From the NCBI GenBank assembly GCA_016181845.1, contig JACOYO010000005.1:2845-66844 (forward strand): a stretch of 64,000 bases of DNA, in the 5' to 3' direction. The notes beneath the pieces are model-generated. The model was given only the letters and a program-made list of their open reading frames with translations. It had not been told where the DNA came from and made no database searches. Shown piece after piece: positions 8,485 to 17,109 of the stretch (positions are counted from its first letter, which is position 1; each line of letters begins with the position of its first letter). Origin of the DNA: Parcubacteria group bacterium. GTDB lineage: Bacteria > Patescibacteriota > Minisyncoccia > Phycocordibacterales > 21-14-all-47-15. Position numbers and translations under genes: made by a program.

Positions 8485-9968
8485 CCCGCACCCTGACCGG
8501 CGCCGGTCTTGATTCTGGTTCTTTGGCTACACAATCTTATATTGACACTGCCACTTCAACTCTTTCTGCCAAAATCCAAAGCGGCTCTACGGTAACACTA
8601 TCTGATTTTGGGGCGACCACACCTAACACCGCGTACAAAGCAAAATTGCAGGTCCTAAACCAAGCGACCGTTCCAACGGATGCTGATTCTCTGCCAACGG
8701 TGGTTATTACTGATTCCGCCGGAACGGTCCAAGTCAATGGTAGCGTGATGACAAAGGACTCAAACGGCACCTACAGCTTTAGTTATAGTCTTGGCGGCAA
8801 CCCTGTCGGCGGTGTTTGGGAGACAGTAGTTTCCGTCGTCATTAATGGGCAAACGGTTAGAGTAAATGACTATTGGGAAGTTGCGTCAGCTCCGGCACAA
8901 GTGATTGTAAATTCTATTACCGATCATACTATTCCGAGCATCACCGCGAATGTGACCATAACTAATGAAGGAAGTTCCGCTTTTGAGTACCACTATGAAT
9001 GGTGCGTAGTAAAAGAACAAAATAATCCTTGCGGAGATGGTGATGATATTGATTACGCTTCAGCCGCCAAATTTATTCAGCCGGGTGAGGACTTTATCAC
9101 TGATTTGTCTCTTACTCTTAATCAAGAAGGAATTTTCTACTTCAAAGTGGCGGTTACGTGGGGGACGAAAAAATCATTTGCTTCCAGTCAGTTTGACGCG
9201 AGAGGATTTACCGTCTCTGGCGATACATTTGTCCGATTGGAAACGAATGAAGCAACATCTTCACCGTTTGTAACCGATGAAGGAAGTACCATAACGCAAG
9301 GTATTCCTGACGGGGCAACAAATGAAGCATCAAATTTCCACATTTCCAGATTGTCAAAAACGGATGTACTTGCGTCATTTGCCGCCCCGTCAGGAAAAAC
9401 GGCTCTTGGAAGTTACATCTTCGGGTTAAGAGCCAGCACGGTGGCAAGTGGCACGACGATTACCTTATTCAACAAACCGATTACTGTCACGTTTGAATAT
9501 GACGAGAGTTTGCTCGGCGGTTTAGATGAAAGCGCTTTACAAATTTATCATAATCTTGAAAACGGTAGTGGCTGGATTGCTTTGGATAATCAAAGTATTA
9601 ATACCACCAGCAACATCATAACTGGACAAACAATGAGATTTAGTTTGTTTGGTGTTTTTGGATCCGAGGTGGCTCAATCACCATCACCATCTCCATCACC
9701 TGCGCCTTCTAGCGGTGGCGGTGGTGGGGGCGGTGGAGGTGGAAGCGGTGCGGCCGCACCTTCCCAGCCGGCGGCTGTAATTACTTCAAAAGCCGAAAAC
9801 AGCGCGGACTTCAACGGGGACAATAAAGTGAATTCCGTTGACTTCTCAATCTTGCTATTCTTCTGGAAGACATCGCCGCCATTTGCAAATCCGGGAGTTG
9901 ACATAAACAAGGATGGAAAAGTAGATTCCGTTGACTTCTCAATCTTGCTCTATCACTGGAACAAATAA
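8457..9968 (+). CDS. C-terminal part of the same surface protein, ending in a Pro/Ser/Gly linker and a canonical type-I dockerin pair
   Basis: The C-terminus reads ..SPSPSPSPAPSSGGGGGGGGGGSG..DFNGDNKVNSVDFSILLFFW...DINKDGKVDSVDFSILLYHWNK. That is two 12-residue Ca-binding loops (D-x-N-x-D-x-K-V-N/D-S-x-D), each followed by an (F/L)SILL helix, which is the dockerin signature. Confidence 0.6.
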   Translation: MDIGVWTSVTRTLTGAGLDSGSLATQSYIDTATSTLSAKIQSGSTVTLSDFGATTPNTAYKAKLQVLNQATVPTDADSLPTVVITDSAGTVQVNGSVMTKDSNGTYSFSYSLGGNPVGGVWETVVSVVINGQTVRVNDYWEVASAPAQVIVNSITDHTIPSITANVTITNEGSSAFEYHYEWCVVKEQNNPCGDGDDIDYASAAKFIQPGEDFITDLSLTLNQEGIFYFKVAVTWGTKKSFASSQFDARGFTVSGDTFVRLETNEATSSPFVTDEGSTITQGIPDGATNEASNFHISRLSKTDVLASFAAPSGKTALGSYIFGLRASTVASGTTITLFNKPITVTFEYDESLLGGLDESALQIYHNLENGSGWIALDNQSINTTSNIITGQTMRFSLFGVFGSEVAQSPSPSPSPAPSSGGGGGGGGGGSGAAAPSQPAAVITSKAENSADFNGDNKVNSVDFSILLFFWKTSPPFANPGVDINKDGKVDSVDFSILLYHWNK

Positions 9969-9970
9969 AT

Positions 9971-10900
9971 ATGCATACATTCTCTAACAAAAAAATACAC
10001 ATCTTCATTCTGTTGTTTAGCGCAATGTTTTTGCCGTTTTCGGTTTCCGCCTCAACCGCGTATATAGACACCGGTCATACAGATTTTTTCGTTGGGGATA
10101 CTATATTGTTTAGTGTTCGTGTTGACTCTGAAAATAAAGATATAAATGCGGTTGATGGGGAGGTTTTGTTGGATCATGCGGCAAGGTCGGTTTCTTTAAT
10201 TGATATCAATACGGCGAGTTCCGAATTTTCTCTTTGGCCATTAAAACCTTTGCCATCGGAGAGAAATATGAGCATTTCTTTTGTCGGCGGGTCTCCCGGT
10301 GGTTTTAACTCCAAAGACGCGGTTATTTTCAACATTGTCTTGAAATTGGAAAAAGAAGGCCCAATAACTCTGACACCTAGTGATTTTTCTGTGTATCTAC
10401 ATGACGGCAAAGGCACCAAAGATGATGTACATGCTAAACAATTAGCCATAAATGTCTTGCCTAAAAAACCAGATTCGCAGCCAGTTGATGATTGGAATAA
10501 TGTAATTTCAAATGATAAGACCCCGCCCGAGTTTATTGAAGCAATCATAGATAGAGACCCGTATATTTTTGATAACCAATATTTTGTGAGTTTCTTTGCT
10601 GTTGATAAGGATGCTGGGGTCGCTTATTATGAAATTAAAGAGAACGATCTTGATTTCGTTCACGCCGAGAGTCCTCACCTTCTCCAAGACCAATCACTTA
10701 AAAGCGTTGTCCAAATAAAAGCGGTTGATAAAGCAGGAAATGAAATCTTTGTGACTCCAAAATTGGCCCCGGTACCGATAACAGGAATTCCTTACAAAAC
10801 ATATCTGGTCTGGGTTCTTGTTATCCTGGTAATTCTAGCGTTTATTTTCTGGCTTTTGCGGTTCTGGACGACTACATTAAAAAAGAATGTTCAAAAATAA
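9971..10900 (+). CDS. Membrane-anchored protein with an N-terminal cohesin-like beta-sandwich domain; signal peptide and C-terminal TM helix
   Basis: Signal peptide MHTFSNKKIHIFILLFSAMFLPFSVSA. Residues ~28-165 follow a cohesin-like pattern of alternating hydrophobics (ILFSVRV..INAVDGEVLLD..SISFVGG..G.FN...AVIFNIVLKL..G). C-terminal TM YLVWVLVILVILAFIFWLL. It sits directly downstream of the dockerin gene. Confidence 0.5.
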   Translation: MHTFSNKKIHIFILLFSAMFLPFSVSASTAYIDTGHTDFFVGDTILFSVRVDSENKDINAVDGEVLLDHAARSVSLIDINTASSEFSLWPLKPLPSERNMSISFVGGSPGGFNSKDAVIFNIVLKLEKEGPITLTPSDFSVYLHDGKGTKDDVHAKQLAINVLPKKPDSQPVDDWNNVISNDKTPPEFIEAIIDRDPYIFDNQYFVSFFAVDKDAGVAYYEIKENDLDFVHAESPHLLQDQSLKSVVQIKAVDKAGNEIFVTPKLAPVPITGIPYKTYLVWVLVILVILAFIFWLLRFWTTTLKKNVQK

Positions 10901-12617
10901 AAAAATACAATTTTTGAAGTTTGCGCTGTTTCTCGGTCTTTTCGTCTTTTCGTTTTTTGGCGCAAGGACAGTGAACGCCGCGACTATTTATTTTAGTCCG
11001 TCTTCCGGTAATTTTTCTGTTGGGAATATTTTGACCATGAGTGTTTTGGTTAATACCCAAAGCAAGGCAATAAACAACTCCAATGCAATTATAAATTTTC
11101 CAGCCGGCCTTTTGGAGGTCGTTTCGATTAGCAAATCCGGCTCCATCTTTTCGTTGTGGGTTGAAGAGCCGTCTTTTTCTAATAGCGCGGGGACTATCTC
11201 TTTTGATGGCGGACTGCCAACACCAGGTTTTAACGGCACAGCGGGTAAAATTGTAAATATCGTTTTTAGGATTCGCAACGCCGGCACTGCTTCATTGGTA
11301 TTTTCTTCCGCGGCCGTCCGAGCAAACGACGGCTACGGCACGGATATTTTGCAGACCAAAGCCAATGCTCAATTTAATTTAATTTCAGAAGAAAGACCAA
11401 TAGCGCCTCCGCCGGTTACCCTCGGGACTCCGCAGGCGCCAAGCATTTCTTCGCCAACTCACTCCGATTCTAATAAATGGTATTCAAATAATAGCCCCAA
11501 ATTTATGTGGGATGTTCCTTCTGGTATTACCGGTGTAAGATTGCTCGTTGGTCGTTTGCCTACAGCCACTCCAACCATACTTTACACAGAGCCAATTTCA
11601 GAAAGACAATTAGAAGATTTTGCTGATGGTGTATGGTATTTCCACGCTCAATTTAAGAATGAGGCGGGCTGGGGCGGCATTGCACACTTCCGTTTCCAGA
11701 TTGATACTGAAAAGCCTAGCCGCTTTGAGTTAACGGAAATTCCGCGAAAAGACATTACCGAACCAAAAACTAAATTTATTTTTGACGCAAAAGACGAAAC
11801 TTCGGGCATTGACCATTACAAAGTTCAAATAGATGCAGGAAGTTCGCAGGTCTGGCAAGATGACGGAAGCCACAAATATGAGACACCTGTTTTAGAACCG
11901 GGCAAACACACATTAATCGCAAAAGCAGTGGATAAAGCAGGCAACTCATTAGCCAATTCAGTAGAATTTACTATTGAAGCCCTGAAACCGCCGACTATTA
12001 CCGAATATCCAAAAGAATTACAAAGCGGTGAGATACTCAAAGTTGAAGGAAATACCTATTTGAATTCTAAAGTTGTCTTGTGGCTTCAAAGAGAAAAAGA
12101 AGACGCCCAAAGTTATAGTATAGAAAGCGACAAAAACGGAAACTTTACTTTTATCGCTGATGAAAAGTCAAAAGATGGTATTTACAAATTGTGGGCAGAA
12201 GCAATTGATGATAGAGGCGCAAGAAGTGAACCGTCAGACAAATTAACTATTATTGTCCAGCGATTGGCAATCTTGGAAATAGCAACTCGAGCAACAATAT
12301 TCCTGATCATTATAATCCCACTTATTGCTCTACTTATCATTTTACTCATGTTGGTCTGGTACCTCTGGCATAAATTTATAACCATGAGGAACCGGCTTCA
12401 AAAAGAAGTCCGTGAGGCCGAGCAAGCATTGCATAAAGCATTTGATCTACTAAAGGAAGATATTCGAGAGCATATCAAAATGCTTGAGAAAGCCCAAACA
12501 AAACGGCGCCTTACCGAAGAAGAGGAAAAAATTATAAAGCAACTCAAAAAAGATTTAGATGACGCTGAAAAGTTTGTGCGAAAAGAAATTGAGGACATTG
12601 AAAAAGAAGTAAAATAG
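10887..12617 (+). CDS. Membrane-anchored protein with an N-terminal cohesin-like domain, Ig-like middle region, C-terminal TM helix and a charged coiled-coil tail
   Basis: The signal peptide is followed by a cohesin-like segment: ATIYFSPSSGNFSVGNILTMSVLVNT..AINNSNAIINFPAGLLEVVSISKSGSIFSLW...GTISFDGGLP..GFNGTAGKIVNIVFRIRNAG.ASLVF. It shares the AVDKAGN motif with the upstream paralog. TM IFLIIIIPLIALLIILLMLVWYLW, then a KE-rich coiled coil. Confidence 0.5.
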   Translation: MFKNKKIQFLKFALFLGLFVFSFFGARTVNAATIYFSPSSGNFSVGNILTMSVLVNTQSKAINNSNAIINFPAGLLEVVSISKSGSIFSLWVEEPSFSNSAGTISFDGGLPTPGFNGTAGKIVNIVFRIRNAGTASLVFSSAAVRANDGYGTDILQTKANAQFNLISEERPIAPPPVTLGTPQAPSISSPTHSDSNKWYSNNSPKFMWDVPSGITGVRLLVGRLPTATPTILYTEPISERQLEDFADGVWYFHAQFKNEAGWGGIAHFRFQIDTEKPSRFELTEIPRKDITEPKTKFIFDAKDETSGIDHYKVQIDAGSSQVWQDDGSHKYETPVLEPGKHTLIAKAVDKAGNSLANSVEFTIEALKPPTITEYPKELQSGEILKVEGNTYLNSKVVLWLQREKEDAQSYSIESDKNGNFTFIADEKSKDGIYKLWAEAIDDRGARSEPSDKLTIIVQRLAILEIATRATIFLIIIIPLIALLIILLMLVWYLWHKFITMRNRLQKEVREAEQALHKAFDLLKEDIREHIKMLEKAQTKRRLTEEEEKIIKQLKKDLDDAEKFVRKEIEDIEKEVK

Positions 12618-12733
12618 TTAGAAAAAACATTGAAATATGGATATTAAAGAACAAGCAAGATGATGATCAGCCGCCATGAAAAATCTCCGCCAGTCCAGCG
12701 TTATTGAGTCGTCTGTGTCTTTTTCTACAAAAT

Positions 12734-12788
12734 TGGAGCCGCCTCCCGGGCTTGAACCGGGGACCTACGGTTTACAAAACCGTTGCTC
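12734..12788 (-). pseudogene. Partial direct duplicate (3' 55 nt: D-stem 3' strand through CCA) of the adjacent tRNA-Thr; a possible att-site scar
   Basis: 55 nt are identical to the 3' part of the tRNA at 12933-13008. There is no 5' acceptor strand. An inverted D-arm-like fragment (ccaactgagctagctcagttgttagagcaac) lies between the two copies. Confidence 0.55.
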
Positions 12789-12932
12789 ATCCCTCCTATC
12801 GCCAGTTTCGCTTCGCTTCACATGGGCGATTTTCTGCCTTAGGCAGAAACCGGAAAAAAAGCAAAGCAGTTTGCTTTTTTTCCAACTGAGCTAGCTCAGT
12901 TGTTAGAGCAACACAAGAAAATATACTGCATT

Positions 12933-13008
12933 TTGGAGCCGCCTCCCGGGCTTGAACCGGGGACCTACGGTTTACAAAACCGTTGCTCTACCAACTGAGC
13001 TAAGGCGG
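12933..13008 (-). tRNA. tRNA-Thr (anticodon UGU), 76 nt with encoded CCA
   Basis: The reverse complement is GCCGCCTTAGCTCAGTTGGTAGAGCAACGGTTTTGTAAACCGTAGGTCCCCGGTTCAAGCCCGGGAGGCGGCTCCA. This folds as a canonical cloverleaf with a 7/7 acceptor stem, anticodon loop UUUGUAA and T-loop TTCAAGC. Confidence 0.9.
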
Positions 13009-13033
13009 CAATTGATTTTATATTTTTACAAAG

Positions 13034-13058
13034 TTTACAAAGGAGGAACCTTTGTAAA
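13034..13058. repeat. REP2-family palindrome (solo copy) tacaaaggaggaacctttgta, immediately beside tRNA-Thr
   Basis: It shares the 16-nt core GGAGGAACCTTTGTAA with five other copies at 41040, 45661, 46212, 46431 and 47348. Confidence 0.7.
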
Positions 13059-13068
13059 AATAAGGGTT

Positions 13069-13485
13069 TTATTCGTCTTTGCGGGGCTTATCCTTGTTAA
13101 GATTGCCGTTTAATTTATATTCCGCGATAGTTTTTAAAAACGGCGACGCTTCCCCACGTGCCATCATCTCGTTCCTGCCTTCCAAAGAACGTTTGATACG
13201 AACTAATTTTTTGTGCATAGCGCCAAACAGCTCCGCAAGATAATGCACGACCGCTTGCGTGGCGGCGTGCACTCGAGGGGCAATGTGTATTTGATGCACT
13301 CGTTCCGCATGCAATGATATAAGCGCAATATATTTTGCAGTTATTCCACGGATATTAAACATTGCGTGTGTGTGCTCCTCTTCATCACATATAATCTTCC
13401 CCGTGCGAATCTGCCACAAGCGAAATGAAAACATGCCGATAATTTCGGCGGCGGCAATCATAAATATTGAAGCAAGAATATACAT
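13069..13485 (-). CDS. Hypothetical protein; the start is uncertain and the ORF-track N-terminus overlaps tsf
   Basis: An ORF with no recognised motif. I favour the internal Met MYILASIF as the start. Confidence 0.35.
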   Translation of the reverse strand: MYILASIFMIAAAEIIGMFSFRLWQIRTGKIICDEEEHTHAMFNIRGITAKYIALISLHAERVHQIHIAPRVHAATQAVVHYLAELFGAMHKKLVRIKRSLEGRNEMMARGEASPFLKTIAEYKLNGNLNKDKPRKDE

Positions 13486-13549
13486 AATATAAGTATAGAA
13501 TACGCGCCAACAAATACAATCTGGCGCATAGTTTGCCACAAGCTGATTA

Positions 13550-14140
13550 TCAACGTGTTCCAAACCGCTCAAAACGAGAGACCTCTATTTTTTCACCGAA
13601 TTTTTGGACTGCTTGTTCAATGAGTTTTTCAACGGTTATTGAATCATCTTTTACAAATGGTTGTTTCAAAAGAATGCGCTCGCCAAAGTATGCGGCAATT
13701 TTCCCCTCAAGCGCTTTTTCTTTTACCGCGTCGGGCTTGTCCATTGCTTCCACTTCTTTCGCGAAAACTTCTTTTGCTTTTTCGCGCTCCGATTCCGGCA
13801 CGTCTTCCGATTTCAAAAACGAAGGATTGAGCGCCGCCACGTGCATCGCGATATCGTACGCCAGAGAAACAAAATCTTCATTTTTGGCGACAAAGTCGGT
13901 CTCGCAAGAAAGAAGCACCATGCTCCCAACCGTGCGGTCAGGATGAATATACGCATGTATCGCTCCGGCGCCAAGCGTACGGTCCGCTTTTTTTGAAGCA
14001 ATCTCACCGCTTTTTTTCTGCAAAATAACAAGCGCTTTTGCTTCATCTCCGCCCGCTTCTTCAAGCGCTTTTTTGCACTGCATGACCGATATGCCGGTTT
14101 TGTCCCGCAATTGTTTTATTTGTTCTGTAGTAATCACCAT
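13550..14140 (-). CDS. tsf: Translation elongation factor Ts
   Basis: N-terminal UBA-like ITTEQIKQLRDKTGISVMQCKKALEEAGGD and the conserved core LLSCETDFVAKNEDF; a short-form EF-Ts. Confidence 0.85.
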   Translation of the reverse strand: MVITTEQIKQLRDKTGISVMQCKKALEEAGGDEAKALVILQKKSGEIASKKADRTLGAGAIHAYIHPDRTVGSMVLLSCETDFVAKNEDFVSLAYDIAMHVAALNPSFLKSEDVPESEREKAKEVFAKEVEAMDKPDAVKEKALEGKIAAYFGERILLKQPFVKDDSITVEKLIEQAVQKFGEKIEVSRFERFGTR

Positions 14141-14141
14141 G

Positions 14142-14903
14142 TTAGATTGTTTTTGTCTTCACTCCATCCTTATACGCATCGGCGATTGCTTGGACAAAAA
14201 ACGCAACGCTTTTTTGCACGGCATCGTTTGCGGGAATCGGATACGCAATATTTTTTATATCGGAATCTGAACTCCCAAGCCCGATAATCGGCACGCGCAT
14301 TTCTTTCGCTTCTCCCACTGCAGTCTTTTCATTTCTAAAATCAACGATAAAAAGTGCCGCCGGCTTGTCTGGCATAGACACAATCCCACCGAAATTCTTT
14401 TCAAGCCGCTCAATTTCGCGGTCAAACATGAGCCGCTCTTTTTTGGTGTATTGAGAGAGTTCTCCTTTTTCGCGTTTAGTGCGAAGCGATACCAATCGCG
14501 CGATACGTTTTTTAATTTCAGAAAAATTGGTGAGCGTGCCGCCAATCCAGCGGTTGTTTACATATGGCATACCAATGGCTTGTGCCGCGTCTTTGGTGAG
14601 ATTCGCGGCGACTGATTTGGTGCCGACAAAAAGAATCTGCTTGCCCATTTTGCCCAATTCTGCCGCAAACGCTTTCGCGGTATTCAAGCGCGTAATAGTC
14701 TGTTCAAGGTCAATCACATCAACGCCATTTTTATTGCCCAAAAGAAGCGGCACATATGAAGGATGCCTGCGTGAACGCGAATAGCCGTAATGCGCGCCAA
14801 CGGCAAATAACGCGTCAATTTCCGTATCTGATGGTTTCTTTTTTGTTTCAGTTGTCATTTCGGTCATAAGTGAAAAGATAACAGAAAATCGCGTACCGCG
14901 CAA
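14142..14903 (-). CDS. rpsB: 30S ribosomal protein S2
   Basis: FAVGAHYGYSRSRRHPSYVP...ILFVGTK...PYVNNRWIGGTLTNF...GLGSSDSD are typical S2 blocks. It lies directly upstream of tsf, in the usual rpsB-tsf order. Confidence 0.9.
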   Translation of the reverse strand: MRGTRFSVIFSLMTEMTTETKKKPSDTEIDALFAVGAHYGYSRSRRHPSYVPLLLGNKNGVDVIDLEQTITRLNTAKAFAAELGKMGKQILFVGTKSVAANLTKDAAQAIGMPYVNNRWIGGTLTNFSEIKKRIARLVSLRTKREKGELSQYTKKERLMFDREIERLEKNFGGIVSMPDKPAALFIVDFRNEKTAVGEAKEMRVPIIGLGSSDSDIKNIAYPIPANDAVQKSVAFFVQAIADAYKDGVKTKTI

Positions 14904-14950
14904 CCCTGTTGAAGTTTGACTTCAACAGGATCTCAATTTTTTGAAAAAAA

Positions 14951-15892
14951 TCAACCTTGCGCGAATCGGCTGATTATCGGCTCTATATCTCCGGCAAAAA
15001 TACGCTCGATGCCGTGCCACGACTCTTTGATACGATGGTCGGTTACGCGGTCTTGCAATATGTTGTATGTGCGAATCTTTTCAGAGCGGTCTCCGGTGCC
15101 AATCTGACTTTTACGCTCTGCCGCGTGTTCTTTGTCGGCTTTTTCGCGCTCCATTTCTTCCAATTTTGCCGCAATAATTGAAAGCGCTCTTTCGCGGTTT
15201 TTCTGCTGGCTTCTCTCACTCGTGCATCGCACGACAAGCCCCGACGGCTTGTGCAATAGACGCACCGCCGTTTCCACCTTGTTCACATTCTGCCCGCCAG
15301 CACCGCCCGATCGCGAAAAGGTAATTTCCAAATCAGCCGGACTTATTTCTACGTGCGATGTCTTGCGTACCGGCAAGACCGCCACCGATGCTGTGGATGT
15401 GTGCACGCGTCCGGATTTTTCCGTTGCGGGAATTCTCTGGATGCGGTGTACGCCGGTTTCATATCGTAATTTTTTGTACACTTCTTGACCTTTGATTTCA
15501 AAAGATGCTTCTTTGTATCCGTCCATCGCCGAGAGAGATTCATCAAGTCTATGAAACGACCAGCCATTTTTTTCCGCATATTTTTCATACATCTCCGAGA
15601 GATTGCGCGCGAAAATCGCCGCCTCTTCTCCGCCGGCGCCAGCTCGTACTTCAAGGATGATTTCATTTGGGAATTCCTCTTCTTCTTTATCCTTTGCCAA
15701 AATTTCATCCATCTGCTTAATGAGGGCGTCTTGCTGTTCTTCAATTTCTTTCAATTCTTCTTGCGCCAATTCTTTAAGCATTTCATCCGCTTCGGCGGTT
15801 TGGAGAGCGTCTGCTTTGGCACGTTCAAGCCGCTCGTGTTCCTGCGCGAGAAATTGCGTTTTTGGATTTTCTTTGTAGATGTTGATGTCCAT
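14951..15892 (-). CDS. prfA: Peptide chain release factor 1
   Basis: A GGQ motif ([19 protein letters not shown]) and the RF1-type PAT tripeptide ([14 protein letters not shown]). Confidence 0.9.
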   Translation of the reverse strand: MDINIYKENPKTQFLAQEHERLERAKADALQTAEADEMLKELAQEELKEIEEQQDALIKQMDEILAKDKEEEEFPNEIILEVRAGAGGEEAAIFARNLSEMYEKYAEKNGWSFHRLDESLSAMDGYKEASFEIKGQEVYKKLRYETGVHRIQRIPATEKSGRVHTSTASVAVLPVRKTSHVEISPADLEITFSRSGGAGGQNVNKVETAVRLLHKPSGLVVRCTSERSQQKNRERALSIIAAKLEEMEREKADKEHAAERKSQIGTGDRSEKIRTYNILQDRVTDHRIKESWHGIERIFAGDIEPIISRFAQG

Positions 15893-15949
15893 GTTGTTTA
15901 TTGTAGCGTGCCTTTGTATGGCTTGACAAGTATATTTAATGATGCATTA

Positions 15950-15977
15950 AAAAATCCGCGGAAGCGGCGGATTTTTT
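15950..15977 (-). terminator. Rho-independent terminator downstream of rpmE
   Basis: aaaaatccgcggaagcggcggatttttt is a GC stem with flanking A/T runs. Confidence 0.5.
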
Positions 15978-15999
15978 ATGCTTAACCAACAGCGTGGGA

Positions 16000-16218
16000 C
16001 TATTTCTTTTTTGGAGCTGCTTTCGCGCGGCGGGTTTTGAATTTTTCCACGCGGCCGGCTGTATCCACCACCTTTTCTTGCCCAGTAAAAAACGGGTGGC
16101 ACGCACTGCAAATTTCCACGTGTATTTCAGGCATGGTAGAGCCAACTTCAAAAATATTGCCGCAGGCGCAAGTCACTTTCGCTTTTTGGTGATATTCCGG
16201 ATGAACATCTTTTTTCAT
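16000..16218 (-). CDS. rpmE: 50S ribosomal protein L31 (zinc-binding type)
   Basis: [39 protein letters not shown] is the L31 signature with CxC..CxxC. The start Met is at 16216-16218; the longer ORF-track N-terminus is REP-derived. Confidence 0.85.
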   Translation of the reverse strand: MKKDVHPEYHQKAKVTCACGNIFEVGSTMPEIHVEICSACHPFFTGQEKVVDTAGRVEKFKTRRAKAAPKKK

Positions 16219-16290
16219 AAGTATAACCATAACATATCTAATTTCTTTTGCAATATGTTGAAAATCTGCAATGTAATATGTGTGACAAAT

Positions 16291-16315
16291 ATGTTGGACA
16301 TCGGATGTCCAACAT
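16291..16315. repeat. REP1-family palindrome (aTGTTGGACATCgGATGTCCAACAt), copy a
   Basis: A 19-bp perfect palindrome TTGGACATC-G-GATGTCCAA. There are 5 copies in the window: 16291, 16341, 16557, 17110 and 19264. Confidence 0.8.
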
Positions 16316-16340
16316 ACAACATGAACTAATTTCTTTAGTA

Positions 16341-16369
16341 ATATGTTGGACATCCGATGTCCAACATAT
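16341..16369. repeat. REP1-family palindrome, copy b, with the centre base flipped (catcCgatg); it forms an inverted doublet with copy a
   Basis: atatgttggacatccgatgtccaacatat, 25 bp after copy a and just upstream of the transposase start. Confidence 0.8.
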
Positions 16370-16387
16370 ATAATATTATTTATTATT

Positions 16388-17098
16388 ATGCATAACGAAT
16401 TTTTTCATTTACTTAATCGCGGCGTAGACAAAAGAAACATTTTTCTAGACGAAAGGGATTATTTTAGATTCATACATAACTTATTTGAATTCAACGATAT
16501 TAATAATGTCAATCCAAATAGCAGTAATCGTGTATTTAAATCTAAATCTCACAATTCCCAATGGTTGGACATCGGATGTCCAACCATTGGGAAAACTGAA
16601 AGAAGACCGCGTAAATTGTTGGTAAATATTCACTTCTTTTGTCTAATGCCCAATCATTACCATCTTCTTGTCTCCCCTCTCGTGGAAAATGGCATCTCAT
16701 ATTTTATGAAAAAATTAAATATGGGATACTCAAAATATTTTAACGAAAAATATGATAGGTCCGGAGCTTTGTTCCAGGGAAAGTACAAATCCGTTCACAT
16801 TGAACGGGACGCTCATTTTTTATGGATTCCTTATTATATTCACTTTAATCCTTTGGAATTAAAATTTCCCTCGTGGAAACATGAAAAAGTCTCCGATTAT
16901 AAACAAGCTATGAAATATTTAGAATCTTATAGATGGAGCAGTCATTTGGATTATCTAGGAAAGAAAAATTTTCCTTCGGTAACACAACGAGATTTTTTTC
17001 TTGAATCTTTTGGCGGAGAAAAGAAGTATCAAAATTCTGTTTCAGAATCTCTCTCTGAAATAAATATATCCGATATGGAAAATATAACTCTTGAGTAA
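16388..17098 (+). CDS. IS200/IS605-family HuH (Y1) transposase, RAYT-like, with an in-frame REP1 copy inside the CDS
   Basis: HuH motif [12 protein letters not shown], with the conserved downstream block [24 protein letters not shown]. The start is the ATG at 16388 ([12 protein letters not shown]); the ORF-track N-terminus is REP-encoded. A REP1 palindrome lies in frame at 16557-16591. Confidence 0.65.
   Translation: MHNEFFHLLNRGVDKRNIFLDERDYFRFIHNLFEFNDINNVNPNSSNRVFKSKSHNSQWLDIGCPTIGKTERRPRKLLVNIHFFCLMPNHYHLLVSPLVENGISYFMKKLNMGYSKYFNEKYDRSGALFQGKYKSVHIERDAHFLWIPYYIHFNPLELKFPSWKHEKVSDYKQAMKYLESYRWSSHLDYLGKKNFPSVTQRDFFLESFGGEKKYQNSVSESLSEINISDMENITLE
16557..16591. repeat. REP1-family palindrome, copy c, embedded in frame in the transposase CDS (it encodes [13 protein letters not shown])
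   Basis: cccaatggttggacatcggatgtccaaccattggg is a 35-bp extended palindrome. Confidence 0.8.
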
Positions 17099-17109
17099 TT
17101 TGAGTAATT

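Noticed and set aside
12789-12932. Reading the tRNA-Thr duplicate as one tRNA with a long intron
   Set aside because: There is no 5' acceptor-stem strand (GCCGCCT) upstream of the fragment, so a spliced functional tRNA cannot be assembled. A partial duplication explains it better.
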